Origin: Candidatus Eiseniibacteriota bacterium
GTDB lineage: Bacteria > Eisenbacteria > RBG-16-71-46 > CAZAMP01
Direction: 5' to 3'
Assembly (NCBI GenBank): GCA_965224245.1
Contig: OZ245046.1
Location: 1,120,001-1,184,000 of the forward strand
Length of the DNA stretch: 64,000 bases
Part shown: positions 35,702 to 46,600 of the stretch, piece by piece
How the letters are laid out: every line of letters begins with the position of its first letter
Numbering within the stretch: position 1 is the first letter of the stretch
The notes under the pieces: model-generated
Seen by the model: the letters and a program-made list of their open reading frames with translations, nothing else
Databases searched by the model: none
Told to the model about the DNA's origin: nothing
Translations under genes and position numbers: made by a program

Positions 35702-36940
35702 GTGACCGCGACCTCCTTCCCGCCGGCGGAAGGCCGCGCCTGGATCGCCGGCTGCGCGGCCATCCGGCGGGGCATCCTGTTCGTGTACGCGGCGATGCTC
35801 GTGGTGGGCATCTCGGGCGTCACCGATGGCACGTATCCGCTGCCGCTGCTCACCGAGGCGCGCACGGCCGAGCTCGCCGCCGCACTCGACGCCGAGGGCC
35901 AGGCCCCGCTCGACTACGTCGTCCGAACGTTCGCCGATCACGATGCCGTGTTTCTGGGGGAGGTACACTGCATCGCCCACGTGGGACAGTTCGTTCAGGA
36001 CCTCCTGCCGCGGCTCCACGAAGCCGGCGTGAACGTGCTGGCGACGGAGCTCGCCCGGCGGGAGGACCAGCCGCTCGTGGACGAGCTTCTCGCCTCGCCG
36101 GTGTACGACGAGTCGCTCGCCCGGGAGATCGTGTTCCGCCAGTATCTGCACCACGGGCTTCGCGAGTACGTCGACGTGTTTCGCGCGGCCTGGGAGCTGA
36201 ACGCATCGCTCGCGCCCTCGGAGCCGCGCTTCCGCATCGTGGGCGTGAACGACTCCCCCGACTGGTCGATCGTGCGAACCCTCGCCGACCGCGACGACGC
36301 AGCCGTCGAGAGGGCCGTCTGGCGTGGACAGAGCGAGCGCGACTGGGCCGACGTCGTCCTGCGCGAGGTCGAGGCCGGTGAGAAGGTCCTCGTCTACTGC
36401 GGCATTCACCACGCGTTCACGGCCTACGTGATGCCCGTCGCGGACGCACGCACCGGCGAGTTCCGACCGCCGTTCCCCCGGCGCATGGGCAACTACGTGT
36501 ACGCCGAGATCGGCGAGCGCGCCTACACGATCGCGCTCCATGCGCCGTGGCTGGACCGTACGGGTCGCTCGCTGAGCGAGTACGCGGCCGGTGGCGTGAT
36601 CGACGCGCTCATGAGCACGCTCGGGCCGGGCGCGTATCCGATCGGCTTCGACACGCGCGGTACCCTCTTCGGCGACATCGGGGTGCCCGAGAGCTGCCTG
36701 TACGCGCAAGGGCGCGACGCGCTGACACTCGGTGACTGGTGCGACGGCTACGTCTTCCATCGCCCGCTACACCATTTCGAGGGGATGACGGTGATCCCCG
36801 ACTTCGTGACCGCGGCCAACGTCGAGCGTGCGCGCCGGATCACCTGGGACCCGCGTTTTCGCGACGCGACCCCCGCCGAGTTCCAGTGGTCCATCCTGGG
36901 CGAGGCCAGCGTCGAGTTCCGGCTCCGCGCGTTCCGCTGA
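35702..36940 (+). CDS. exported protein, ChaN/erythromycin-esterase-like superfamily
   Basis: GAGGGAG RBS before GTG; N-terminal hydrophobic stretch; VFLGEVH, VLATE, VLVYCGIHHA. Confidence 0.6.
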   Translation: MTATSFPPAEGRAWIAGCAAIRRGILFVYAAMLVVGISGVTDGTYPLPLLTEARTAELAAALDAEGQAPLDYVVRTFADHDAVFLGEVHCIAHVGQFVQDLLPRLHEAGVNVLATELARREDQPLVDELLASPVYDESLAREIVFRQYLHHGLREYVDVFRAAWELNASLAPSEPRFRIVGVNDSPDWSIVRTLADRDDAAVERAVWRGQSERDWADVVLREVEAGEKVLVYCGIHHAFTAYVMPVADARTGEFRPPFPRRMGNYVYAEIGERAYTIALHAPWLDRTGRSLSEYAAGGVIDALMSTLGPGAYPIGFDTRGTLFGDIGVPESCLYAQGRDALTLGDWCDGYVFHRPLHHFEGMTVIPDFVTAANVERARRITWDPRFRDATPAEFQWSILGEASVEFRLRAFR

Positions 36941-37026
36941 CGCGTGCGCGGCCGCCCGGTTGCCGCCGCGGGAGCCAGCTGGTAAGTTGCCGACCTCTCC
37001 TCGTCGCTCCCAGGAGACCGCCAGGC

Positions 37027-38997
37027 ATGATCCCGTTTCCCGCCTCCGAGGGCGCACCACGAGACGGTGCCACGCGCGCCGGTCGCGTGACCGGCGTCGT
37101 CCGGCCCGATCTGGATGCCGGGCTGAAGATGCTCGGCTTCGACACGTTTCGACCCGGGCAGCGGGAGTCGATCGAGACCCTGCTGGACGTGGGGCGTTTG
37201 CTTCTCGTCGCGCCCACGGGCGGGGGGAAGAGCCTCATCTACCAGCTTCCGGCGGCCGTCCTGCCCGGCACCACCTTGGTCATCTCGCCCCTGATCTCGC
37301 TGATGAACGACCAGGTCAGCGCGCTGGCCGAGAGGGGCGTCCCGGCCACGTATCTCGCGTCCACGCTGTCGCCCGAGGAGATGCGTGCTCGCCTGTCCCG
37401 GACGGGGAACGGCGCATACAAGCTCGTCTACGTGGCGCCCGAACGTCTACGGCTCTCCAGCTTCCGGACGCTGGCGGCCGATCTCGACTGCCCGCTGGTC
37501 GCGGTCGACGAGGCGCACTGCATCAGCGAGTGGGGACATGACTTTCGCCGCGAGTACCTCGAGATCGGTGACTTCGTGGCCACGATGCCGTCGGCTCGGC
37601 TTCTGGCATGCACGGCCACGGCGACCCCGATCGTGCGTGACGAGATCCTCTCGCGTCTCGGCATGGAGGCCGACACCCCGCAGATCGTCCGGGGCTTCGC
37701 CCGACCGAACCTCGCGCTTCGGGTGGTGGAGACGCGCACGCGCCAGGAACGGCTGCGATGCGTGGACCGCGTCCTCGCCGAGGCGCTGGGAGCGCCGGGG
37801 GCCGGTCGCGGAACCGCCATCGTGTACGCGCCGACGCGCAAGGCCACCGAGGAAGAGGCGGCCCGCCTCACCGCATCCGGCTGGGCCTCGGCAGCCTACC
37901 ATGCCGGGATGTCCGGCCCCGTGCGCGAGTCGGTGCAGGACGACTTCCTCACGGGTGCGGTCGAGGTGACCGTGGCCACCAACGCGTTCGGCATGGGAAT
38001 CGATCGCGCCGACGTGCGCGCGGTCGTGCACCTCGCGCCGCCCGGCTCGATCGAGTCGTACTACCAGGAGGTGGGGCGTGCGGGCCGAGACGGGGACGAC
38101 GCCATCGGGCTGCTCGTGATCTCCCCGGGAGACCTGCCGCTCCGGCGACGCCTCATCGAAGGCGACGGTGCGAGCGGTGGCAACGGGCCGGACGTGATCG
38201 CGCACAAGTGGAATCTGTTCCTGGAGCTCATGCGCTGGGCCGAGGGGGGGAGCTGCCGGCACGATGCGATCCTCCGCTACTTCGGCGACGAGGCCGAGAC
38301 CCTGTCCGGATGCGGCCGGTGCGACGTCTGCCTGGATCTGAACGCGCCCGATGCACCCGGCGGGGAGGACGTCTCCATCGTGGTCCGGAAGGCGCTCAGC
38401 GCCGTCGCGCGCCTGCGCGGCCGCTTCGGGCTCACGATGGCGGTCAAGCTTCTCAGGGGCGTCTCGGACGATCGGCTCCGGCGCGCCGGGCTCGACCGGA
38501 CGAAGACGTTCGGCACGCTGGCCGATCGCAGCGACGACTGGCTCACGCGACTGCTGCGCCGCTGCGTCACCGCCGGCTGGGTCGACTTCGCGGGCGGCGA
38601 CCGGCCGGTGGTCATCCTCACCGAGGCCGGCCGTGCGACCGTGCTGGGCGATCACCCGGTGCGGCTGAAGCTGCCCTCCGAGCACGTCGGACGCGGGGTC
38701 ACCCGGGCGCGGGCGGCGGCCCGGCGCGCCGGATCGGCGGCCGAGTCCGAGGAGGCGCTCGACGAGCGGGCACAGCGCGTGTTCGACGCGCTTCGCGCGC
38801 ACCGGCTGGCGCTGGCCACGGCCGGAAACGTGCCGCCGTACGTGATCGCGTCCGATCGCGCGCTACGCGATCTCGCACGCCTTCGCCCTCGAACCCCCGA
38901 GGAGATGCTCGTCGCGCACGGGATCGGCCCCGCGAAGGTCGAGCGCTACGCAGAGGGCTTTCTTCAGGTGATCGAGCGCGCGTCGACCGACGCGTGA
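37027..38997 (+). CDS. recQ: ATP-dependent DNA helicase RecQ (helicase, Zn/RQC, HRDC)
   Basis: FRPGQ, PTGGGKS, VDEAHCISEWGHDFR, ATNAFGMGID, YYQEVGRAGRDG, CRH...CGRCDVC, HRDC VPPYVI; start uncertain (37027-37129). Confidence 0.93.
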   Translation: MIPFPASEGAPRDGATRAGRVTGVVRPDLDAGLKMLGFDTFRPGQRESIETLLDVGRLLLVAPTGGGKSLIYQLPAAVLPGTTLVISPLISLMNDQVSALAERGVPATYLASTLSPEEMRARLSRTGNGAYKLVYVAPERLRLSSFRTLAADLDCPLVAVDEAHCISEWGHDFRREYLEIGDFVATMPSARLLACTATATPIVRDEILSRLGMEADTPQIVRGFARPNLALRVVETRTRQERLRCVDRVLAEALGAPGAGRGTAIVYAPTRKATEEEAARLTASGWASAAYHAGMSGPVRESVQDDFLTGAVEVTVATNAFGMGIDRADVRAVVHLAPPGSIESYYQEVGRAGRDGDDAIGLLVISPGDLPLRRRLIEGDGASGGNGPDVIAHKWNLFLELMRWAEGGSCRHDAILRYFGDEAETLSGCGRCDVCLDLNAPDAPGGEDVSIVVRKALSAVARLRGRFGLTMAVKLLRGVSDDRLRRAGLDRTKTFGTLADRSDDWLTRLLRRCVTAGWVDFAGGDRPVVILTEAGRATVLGDHPVRLKLPSEHVGRGVTRARAAARRAGSAAESEEALDERAQRVFDALRAHRLALATAGNVPPYVIASDRALRDLARLRPRTPEEMLVAHGIGPAKVERYAEGFLQVIERASTDA

Positions 38998-39028
38998 TCG
39001 CACGGGGTCGGTCGGTGGACGGGCACGA

Positions 39029-39484
39029 TCACCGGCCGCGGTCGTTCAGCCGGTCGGAGAGCGCGTCGATCGCCCGCTCGAGCGTCTCGCGCTCGGCGGC
39101 GCCCAGGGCCGACAGGAGACTCTCCTCGAAGGCCCGGGCCAGCGGTACGATCTCGCGGTAGACGCGATGTCCCTTGCGGGTCAGTGCCAGCTCCACGAGC
39201 CGTCGGTCGGCTCGATTGACCGTCTTCGCCACGAGCCCCAGTGCCTCGAGCCGGGACACGGCCCGGCTGATCTTGGCCTTGTCGAGATCGGCACGCTCGT
39301 GGATGTCCCGGACCGAGATCCTCGCCGAGGCGGCGAGGTGGGCGATGACCCGCCACTCCGAGGGCGAGAGCCCGGCGCGCTGGCCGTAAACGGCTGCAAG
39401 TCGGTTGCTTACGTCGGAGGCCAGGCGTGCGATCCGGTAGGGAAAGAACCGCTCCAGCTCCAGGGTCTCGGCGGGGTCGCTCAT
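39029..39484 (-). CDS. MarR-family transcriptional regulator divergent from hmgA
   Basis: LERFFPYR, EWRVIAHL, DKAKISRAV, DRRLVELALTRKG. Confidence 0.9.
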   Translation of the reverse strand: MSDPAETLELERFFPYRIARLASDVSNRLAAVYGQRAGLSPSEWRVIAHLAASARISVRDIHERADLDKAKISRAVSRLEALGLVAKTVNRADRRLVELALTRKGHRVYREIVPLARAFEESLLSALGAAERETLERAIDALSDRLNDRGR

Positions 39485-39499
39485 GTTCCGCTCGACTTC

Positions 39500-39513
39500 G
39501 TTTCATGTGAAAT
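39500..39513. promoter_or_regulatory. probable MarR operator GTTTCATGTGAAAT
   Basis: AT-rich near-palindrome TTTCA-TG-TGAAA in the marR/hmgA divergent spacer. Confidence 0.55.
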
Positions 39514-39584
39514 GATATGGTCCGCCGATAGGAAAGCACGGCGCCCCGGATCGGCGCAAGCGTTCTCGACTCCGAAGAGCGGAG

Positions 39585-40907
39585 GTGACGATGGATCTCA
39601 GATACATGCCGGGCTTCGGTAACGACTTCGAGACCGAGGCGCTGGAAGGCGCCCTGCCCCAGGGACAGAACTCCCCGCAGCGCTGCGCGTACGGGCTCTA
39701 CGCCGAGCAGCTCTCGGGCTCACCGTTCACCGCGCCGCGCGGCACCAACGAGCGCTCGTGGCTCTATCGCATGCGGCCGTCGGTCCGGCACACCAATCGC
39801 TTCACGGCGATCGCACACGATCTCTGGAAGACCGCGCCGCACGTCCATCAGAGCTCGCTCCCGCTGGGGCAGCTCCGGTGGGATCCCGCGCCGGTCCCCG
39901 ACGAGCCGCTGACGTTCGTGACCGGCTTGCGCACGATGACGACCGCCGGCGACGTCAACACCCAGGCGGGCATGGCCGTCCACGTGATGAACGTCACGCG
40001 CTCGATGGTGGACGAGTACTTCTACGACGCCGACGGCGAGCTCCTCGTCGTGCCCGAGGTGGGACGGCTGGTGTTCTTCACCGAGCTGGGCAAGATGGAG
40101 GTGGCGCCGGGCGACATCTGTCTGATCCCGCGCGGCATGAAGTTCAAGGTCGAGCTCGTCGAGGGGCCGGCCCGTGGGTACGTGTGCGAGAACTACGGCG
40201 CGAAGTTCACGCTGCCCGATCGGGGTCCGATCGGCGCCAACTGCCTGGCCAACCCCCGCGACTTCAAGACCCCGGTCGCGGCTTACGAGGAGAAGGACGC
40301 CCCGTGCACGCTCACGGTCAAGTGGTGCGGAGGATTCCACGTGACCGAGATCGACTGGTCACCGCTCGACGTGGTGGCGTGGCACGGGAACTACGCGCCC
40401 TACAAGTACGACCTCCGGACCTACAGCCCGGTGGGCGCGATCCAGTTCGATCACCCCGATCCGTCGATCTTCACGGTGCTCACGGCGCCCAGCGAGACGG
40501 CCGGGACCGCCAACATCGACTTCGTGATCTTCCCCGAGCGCTGGCTCGTGGCCGAGCACACGTTCCGTCCGCCGTGGTACCACCTGAACATCATGTCGGA
40601 GTTCATGGGGCTCGTGCACGGCGTTTACGACGCGAAGCCCGAGGGGTTCGTGCCCGGCGGCATGAGCCTCCACAACTGCATGCTCCCGCACGGACCGGAC
40701 ACCGACGCGTTCTACGGGGCGTCGAATCAGGACCTCGGACCGCAGAAGCTCGCGAACACGCTCGCATTCATGTTCGAGACCCGGTTCCCGCAGCACCTGA
40801 CGCGGTACGCCGGCGAGCTGCCCACGCTGCAGGACGGCTACCTCGACTGCTGGAAGGGGCTCGAGAAGCACTTCGATCCCACCAAGCGCGAGTGGGACGG
40901 CCAGTAG
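39585..40907 (+). CDS. hmgA: homogentisate 1,2-dioxygenase
   Basis: [60 protein letters not shown]...SEFMG, PHGPD. Confidence 0.97.
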   Translation: MTMDLRYMPGFGNDFETEALEGALPQGQNSPQRCAYGLYAEQLSGSPFTAPRGTNERSWLYRMRPSVRHTNRFTAIAHDLWKTAPHVHQSSLPLGQLRWDPAPVPDEPLTFVTGLRTMTTAGDVNTQAGMAVHVMNVTRSMVDEYFYDADGELLVVPEVGRLVFFTELGKMEVAPGDICLIPRGMKFKVELVEGPARGYVCENYGAKFTLPDRGPIGANCLANPRDFKTPVAAYEEKDAPCTLTVKWCGGFHVTEIDWSPLDVVAWHGNYAPYKYDLRTYSPVGAIQFDHPDPSIFTVLTAPSETAGTANIDFVIFPERWLVAEHTFRPPWYHLNIMSEFMGLVHGVYDAKPEGFVPGGMSLHNCMLPHGPDTDAFYGASNQDLGPQKLANTLAFMFETRFPQHLTRYAGELPTLQDGYLDCWKGLEKHFDPTKREWDGQ

Positions 40908-40937
40908 GCGGCCGGCCCGACACCGCTCGCCGCCGCC

Positions 40938-40959
40938 CGCCGAGCCGGAAGGCTCGGCG
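40938..40959. terminator. GC hairpin with GGAA tetraloop between convergent genes
   Basis: CGCCGAGCC-GGAA-GGCTCGGCG; no U-tract, so terminator function is uncertain. Confidence 0.4.
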
Positions 40960-40965
40960 CGGCGG

Positions 40966-41355
40966 TCACGCGTAGTCGATGCTCCCGGATGCGTCGCCCA
41001 GCTTCCCCATGAGGGCGTCCTCGGTGTCCGCGCAGTCGATCACGCCCAGGAGCCCGACCACCTGGAGCACCGCCATCGCGCGGTGCTGGACGGCGGCCAG
41101 ACAGAGCCGTCCCCCGGCGTTGGTCACCGTCGTGTAGCACGCCGCCAGCACGCCGACGCCGCCGCTGTTGATGTGATCGATGTTCTCCAGGTTGAAGATG
41201 ACGCCCTTGATGGGCTTCAGTGCGCTGATCTCCTCGCGGAAGTCCTTCAGAAACCGATACGCGTCGCGGGAGTCGGTCAGATTTCCGCTCAGCCGGTAGA
41301 TCGGAACGCCGCTCTGCTCGTTCCGCTCGACGGTGAGATGTGTCCAGGACGTCAT
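40966..41355 (-). CDS. STAS domain anti-sigma-factor antagonist
   Basis: LSGNL, NLENIDHINSGGVGVL (phospho-Ser motif), GGRLCL. Confidence 0.85.
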   Translation of the reverse strand: MTSWTHLTVERNEQSGVPIYRLSGNLTDSRDAYRFLKDFREEISALKPIKGVIFNLENIDHINSGGVGVLAACYTTVTNAGGRLCLAAVQHRAMAVLQVVGLLGVIDCADTEDALMGKLGDASGSIDYA

Positions 41356-41516
41356 CGTGAACTCCGATCAGGCTCCAAGGAGGGGCGAGCCGTGGCGACC
41401 GGCTCCGCCGAGTCCGTGCCGGTCCATTGTAGCGCGAATCCGATGCGATGCGCGGCGACTCTGGCAGACCTCGGCCGGATTTGCCGGGTCGACGCGGATC
41501 CGGTGTCGCGTCCCCG

Positions 41517-42095
41517 TCACCCCTCCGCGCCGTCGCCGGCGAGCTCGGCCCGCAGCCACATCGCCGCCACCCGCCAGTCGTCGGCGACCGTCTTGCGCGA
41601 GACGCCGAGCTCGGCGCCGATCTCGGCCCCCGTGAGTCCGCCGAACACGCGGAGCTCCACGACGCGCGCCATCCGCGCGTGGCGCGCCGCGAGCTTGGAG
41701 AGCGCGTCCTCCAGCTCCACGGTGTCCAGGTCGCGGCCGGGCGATGCCAGCGCGTCTTCCTCGATCAGCACGCGCTGGCGGGACCCGCCGCGCTTCTCGG
41801 CGCCGTGCTTGCGGGCGTGATCGATCAGGACCTGACGCATCGCGCGGGCGGCGATCGCGAAGAAGTGGGCGCGATCGTTCCACTGAATCTCCGTCGGATC
41901 GATCAGCCGCAGGTAGGCCTCGTTCAGCAGCGCGGTGGGCTGGAGCGTGTGGTCCTCGCGTTCGCCGCGGATCCGGTTGGCCGCGATTGCGCGGAGCGCG
42001 TCGTAGCTGGCCGCGAACACGCGATCGGCATCGTCCCGCGAGAGGTGCTCGCCGTTCGAGGACGCGAGTATCCGCGTGATGTCGGCGTCGGCCAT
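41517..42095 (-). CDS. ECF sigma factor, TIGR02999-like (usually kinase-associated)
   Basis: GGAGGT RBS; HTLQPTALLNEAYLRL, WNDRAHFFAIAARAMRQVLIDHAR, VVELRVFGGLT, DWRVAAMWL. Confidence 0.9.
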   Translation of the reverse strand: MADADITRILASSNGEHLSRDDADRVFAASYDALRAIAANRIRGEREDHTLQPTALLNEAYLRLIDPTEIQWNDRAHFFAIAARAMRQVLIDHARKHGAEKRGGSRQRVLIEEDALASPGRDLDTVELEDALSKLAARHARMARVVELRVFGGLTGAEIGAELGVSRKTVADDWRVAAMWLRAELAGDGAEG

Positions 42096-42244
42096 CCGGG
42101 ACCTCCCCACGGCATCGCTCTCCGTACCAGGTTACACCTCGGACCGCGATTGCGCCTCTCCAGATGAGGACCGAGGCGCCCGGTGTGTCTTCCGAGCTCA
42201 TCTCCTACCCGGCAGCTTCGCGTCGTACTGGAGGTCGATGTACG

Positions 42245-42269
42245 TAAAATATTGAAAATCAACATCTTG
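42245..42269 (+). promoter_or_regulatory. IHF-like binding site
   Basis: AATCAACATCTTG matches WATCAANNNNTTR and is preceded by an A/T tract, conspicuous in high-GC DNA. Confidence 0.55.
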
Positions 42270-42456
42270 GGGTGCTCGAAAGCCCGAGCGACGCCGATCT
42301 CCACGGGCCCCGACTCGCCGAACGGGATCGACGCGCCCGCATTCGAGTCGAGCCACCGCACACGGTTTCCGTATCATGCCGTGATCGAACAGGAGCAGGG
42401 CGGGCCGGCAGCGGGGTGGGGTGCCGGGGACGCCGCGGGCCGAGAGGAGAGATCGC

Positions 42457-42861
42457 ATGACCGACGCGGATCGATTCGAGATCGTCGGGCTCGACTACGT
42501 GAGCATGTACGTGCAGGACTACGAGGCCGCGCTGGCCTGGTACACCCGCCTGTTCGGCGAGCCGGTGGGCACGATGGACAGGATCCGGGGCTGGAAGCTC
42601 GGAAGCACCTACCTGACGCTCCTCGACGCCAGCCGCGGTACCCACCCCGGCAGCAACCCGCGAAACGCCGAGTACGGCATCCGGGTAGCGAGCCCCGGCG
42701 CGGTGGATCGGCTCTACGACGCGCTGCTGGACGCCGGAGCCACGTCCTGCATGGCACCCGAGGACGGCGAGATGTACGAGCCGATGCGATTCGCCGCCGT
42801 GGACGATCCGTTCGGCATGCGAATCGACGTCTTCTGCCCGATCGGAAGCGCGGTCACCTGA
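42457..42861 (+). CDS. VOC/glyoxalase family protein
   Basis: GAGGAG RBS; VQDYEAALAWYTRLFG, VDRLYDAL, DDPFG. Confidence 0.85.
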   Translation: MTDADRFEIVGLDYVSMYVQDYEAALAWYTRLFGEPVGTMDRIRGWKLGSTYLTLLDASRGTHPGSNPRNAEYGIRVASPGAVDRLYDALLDAGATSCMAPEDGEMYEPMRFAAVDDPFGMRIDVFCPIGSAVT

Positions 42862-42927
42862 CCCGGCGGCGGACGGGCCGACCTGCGAGGTCTGCCACGA
42901 GTCGCCGGACCGCGGCCGGCGTCGCCC

Positions 42928-43599
42928 TCACGGCGACTTCGCAGCGGCTCTCGCCGCGGCCAGGATCACGTCCGGATCGCAGCGGATCTTGTAGTTCGGG
43001 TTCACGTAGCTGAACGTGATCGTGCCGCTCTCGTCGACCACGAACACCGACGGCACCGGCAGGGCCTGGGTGACGCTGGCGCTGTTGCCCTCGATGTCCA
43101 GACCGAAGTCGCCCAGTCGCTTGATGTAGCTCTCGGCCACGCGAAACGCGAGACCGAACGCTTCCGCGGCATGCAGATCGAAGTCGGACAGAAGCGTGTA
43201 GTCGATCTCCCCACTCTCGCGCGTGACGCGCAGGCGCTCGGGGGAGTCCCCGCCGACGGCCACCAGGTCTACCCCGAGCTCCGCGAGTGGTCCCGCGATG
43301 TCGCGAAGCCCGGCCAGCTGGGTGTCGCAGAACGGGCACCAGCCGCCGCGGAAGAACACGAGCACCGTCACCCGTCCCGCCACCGCGTCGGCGATCGAGA
43401 GGGCGTCGCCGTCGATCGTGCGCACCTCGGCGTCGGGCACCGGAGACCCGATCAGAATCGGTCGGATGGACTCGGCGTTGGGCGCGATCTCGGCCCGGGC
43501 GGACGGCGCGCTCACCGCGGCTGCGAGTGCAGTGATGGCGCAGATCCGGACGATCGCGCCGATCGTGCCGATCGGGTCGAAGCCGAACAGAAACGACAT
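42928..43599 (-). CDS. exported peroxiredoxin-like AhpC/TSA family protein
   Basis: FFRGGWCPFC, LLSD, LPVPSVFVVD, NPNYKIR. Confidence 0.85.
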   Translation of the reverse strand: MSFLFGFDPIGTIGAIVRICAITALAAAVSAPSARAEIAPNAESIRPILIGSPVPDAEVRTIDGDALSIADAVAGRVTVLVFFRGGWCPFCDTQLAGLRDIAGPLAELGVDLVAVGGDSPERLRVTRESGEIDYTLLSDFDLHAAEAFGLAFRVAESYIKRLGDFGLDIEGNSASVTQALPVPSVFVVDESGTITFSYVNPNYKIRCDPDVILAAARAAAKSP

Positions 43600-43654
43600 C
43601 GTAGGGTCCTCCGATGCTCGGCGAGGCGACGCGGCGGGCCGGCCGCATTCGACG

Positions 43655-46600
43655 TCAGCTCGCGCTCGCCATCTCCTCGATCTCGGCGTGACGGTCGCGT
43701 ATGCGCGTGAAGCGGGACATGGCCGCGTATACCGCCGGCACCAGGATCAGCGTCAGGAACGTGGACACGAACATGCCTCCCACGATCGCGACGCCGAGCG
43801 GCTGCCGTGACTCGGCGCCGGCGCCGAGCCCGAGCGCGATCGGCAGAACGCCCACGATCGTCGAGAAGGACGTCATCAGGATCGGTCGGAGCCGGATCCG
43901 GGCCGCCTCCTGCACCGCCTCGGCCGGCTCGCGACCCCGTGCGCGCAGCTGGTTGGCGAACTCGACGATCAGGATGGAGTTCTTGGTGACCAGCCCGATG
44001 AGGATCACGAGCCCGATCTGCGAGTAGATGTTGAGCGAGAGCCCGAACAGGCCGAGCGAGAAGATCGCCCCGACCACGGCCAGCGGAACCGACAAGAGGA
44101 TCGACAGCGGATGCACGAAGCTCTCGAACTGCGCGCTCAGCACGAGGAAGATGAACACGACGGCCAGGATGAACATGAAGTACAGCTTCGAGCTCGACTC
44201 GCGAAACTCGCGCGACTGCCCGGCGAGGTCGGTTCGAACGCCGGGGGGCAGGGACTCGCGCGCGATCGCGTCGAGCGCATCGAGCGCGCTGCCGACGCTG
44301 GTTCCCGGGGCGAGATTGGCGGTGAGCGTGGCCGAGCGGACGCGGTTGTAGTGGTTGAGTTCCTTCGGTGACACGGACTCCCGCACGCTGATCACGTTGG
44401 CCAGCTGGATGAGCCCGCCGGTCTCCGAGCGCAGGTAGATCTCGTCGATGACGTCGGGCGTCGCGCGCTCGCGGGGGCGCAGCTGCACGATGACGTCGTA
44501 TTGCTTGGTCCCGCGCTTGAACTCCGAGGCGACGCGTCCGCCCAGGAGCGTCTCCAGCGTCGTGCCGATGTCCGTCACCGAGACCCCCAGGCGCGCCGCG
44601 CGCTCCCGGTCGATCCGGATGTCGAGCTCGGGCTTGTTCAGTCTCAGATCGGAGTCGAGGTTGATCAGGTAGCCGAGCTCGGACGCCTTCGCCATCATCG
44701 TGGAGACCGCCGTCTGCAGCGTGGCATAGCTGTCGGCGAGCAGCACGTACTCGATCGGACTGGACGAGAAGCGTCCCCCGAGGCTGGGTGGGTTGATCAG
44801 GAACGCCAGCACGCCGGGGATGGAGAAGGTCTGCGGAAAGAGCTCCTGCACGACCTGCTGCTGTGACTTCTCACGCTGGTCGCGCGGCTTCAGTCGAAAG
44901 AAGATGAACCCGTTGGTCACGCGGCCCGGTCCGCCGAAGCCGAGGCCGGTTGCGGTGAAGAGTCCCTGGTGCTCGGGTCGCGACAGCAGGATCTGCTCGA
45001 GTTGTCGCATGTAACGATCGGTGTAATCGAGGGTTGCGCCCTCGGGTGCGATGACCACTCCGAACGCGATCGACCGATCCTCGGTGGGGATCAGCTCCCG
45101 CGGCAGCGACCGGAAGACCACGATGCTTCCCGCGAATACCGCGAGCGCGATCGCGAACGCGATGAGCCGGTGCCGGACCACGACCCCCAGCGTCCGGGCG
45201 TAGATGTGGTCGAGCCCGTCGAAGAACCGGTCGAAGCTCCGGTTCGCCCAGTTCTGCCGCTCGGCCGTGGACGGCTTCAGGAGCTTCGAGCAGAGCATCG
45301 GCGTCAGTGTCAGCGCCACGAAGCTCGAGATGGCCACGGCCACGGCCAGCGAGATCCCGAACTCGTTGAACAGCCGCCCCACGGTTCCGGTCAGGAACGC
45401 GAGGGGGAGGAATACGGCCACCAACGCCAGCGTCGTGGCCACGATGGCGAACCCGACCTCGCGTGCGCCGTCCCAGGCCGCGCGGAGCGGGGGCTTGCCC
45501 ATCTCGACGTGGCGATACACGTTCTCGAGCATCACGATCGCGTCGTCCACCACGAGCCCGATGGCCAGCACGAAGGCCAGGAGCGTCAGGATGTTGATCG
45601 TGAACCCCATGAAGTACATCATGGCGAAGGCGCCGATGATCGAGATCGGAATCGTGGCCGCCGGCATCAGCGTGGCGCGTACGCTCTTCAGAAACGCGAG
45701 CACGACGAGGAGCACGAGACAGACCGCGAACACGATCGTCTTGACCACCTCGTTGATCGAGTCGCGGATGAACACCGACGAATCGTATGCGGTCGTCAGC
45801 AGGGTCGCTTCCGGCAGGAGCGACCGGAGCTCGGGCAGCGCGCGCTGGATCTCGTCCGCCACCTCGACCGTACTGGCCTTGGTTTGCTTGACGATTCCGA
45901 GGCCGATGGACGGGATGCCGTTGAACCGCGTGATCGTGCGATCGTCCTCGGGGCCCACCACGACGTCGGCCACGTCGCCCAGGCGAACCTTGTAGTCGCC
46001 CTCCTGGCTGACGATGATGGCGGAGAACTCGTCCGCGGTGGACAGGTCGCCGCGGGTGCGAACCGAGAACTCGCGCTCGGCGCCCTCGACCCGGCCGCCG
46101 GGGATCTCGGCGTTCTCCTCCCGGATCGCTCGCTCGACGTCGCCCGTGGTGAGGCCGTGGGCGGTGAGCCGTGCGGGGTCGAGCCACACGCGCATCGCGT
46201 AGCGCCGCTCGCCGCCGATGAACACCGAGCCCACGCCGGGCAGCCGCTGAAGACGGTCCTTCAACACCACATCGGCGAACTCGCTCAGGTCCAGCGTCGA
46301 CAGCCGCTCGCTGGACAGGGCCAGCCAGATGATCGGCTGCGCGTTGACGTCGACCTTCGCGATGATCGGGTCGTCCGACTCGCTCGGGAGTCGGCCCTTG
46401 ATTCGGGACACGCGATCGCGGACGTCGTTGGCCGCCTCGTCGACGTCCCGGCTCAGCTCGAACTCGATCGTGATCGACGAGCCCTGCTCCTGGCTGGACG
46501 ACGTGATCGTCTTGACGCCGTCCAGCGTCGACAGCGACTCCTCGATCACGTCGGTGATCTCGGTCTCCACGACGGTGGGGCTCGCACCGCGATAGAACGT

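Noticed and set aside
39499-39514. parS site
   Set aside because: Only 12 of 16 match TGTTTCACGTGAAACA, single copy, and the position fits a MarR operator better
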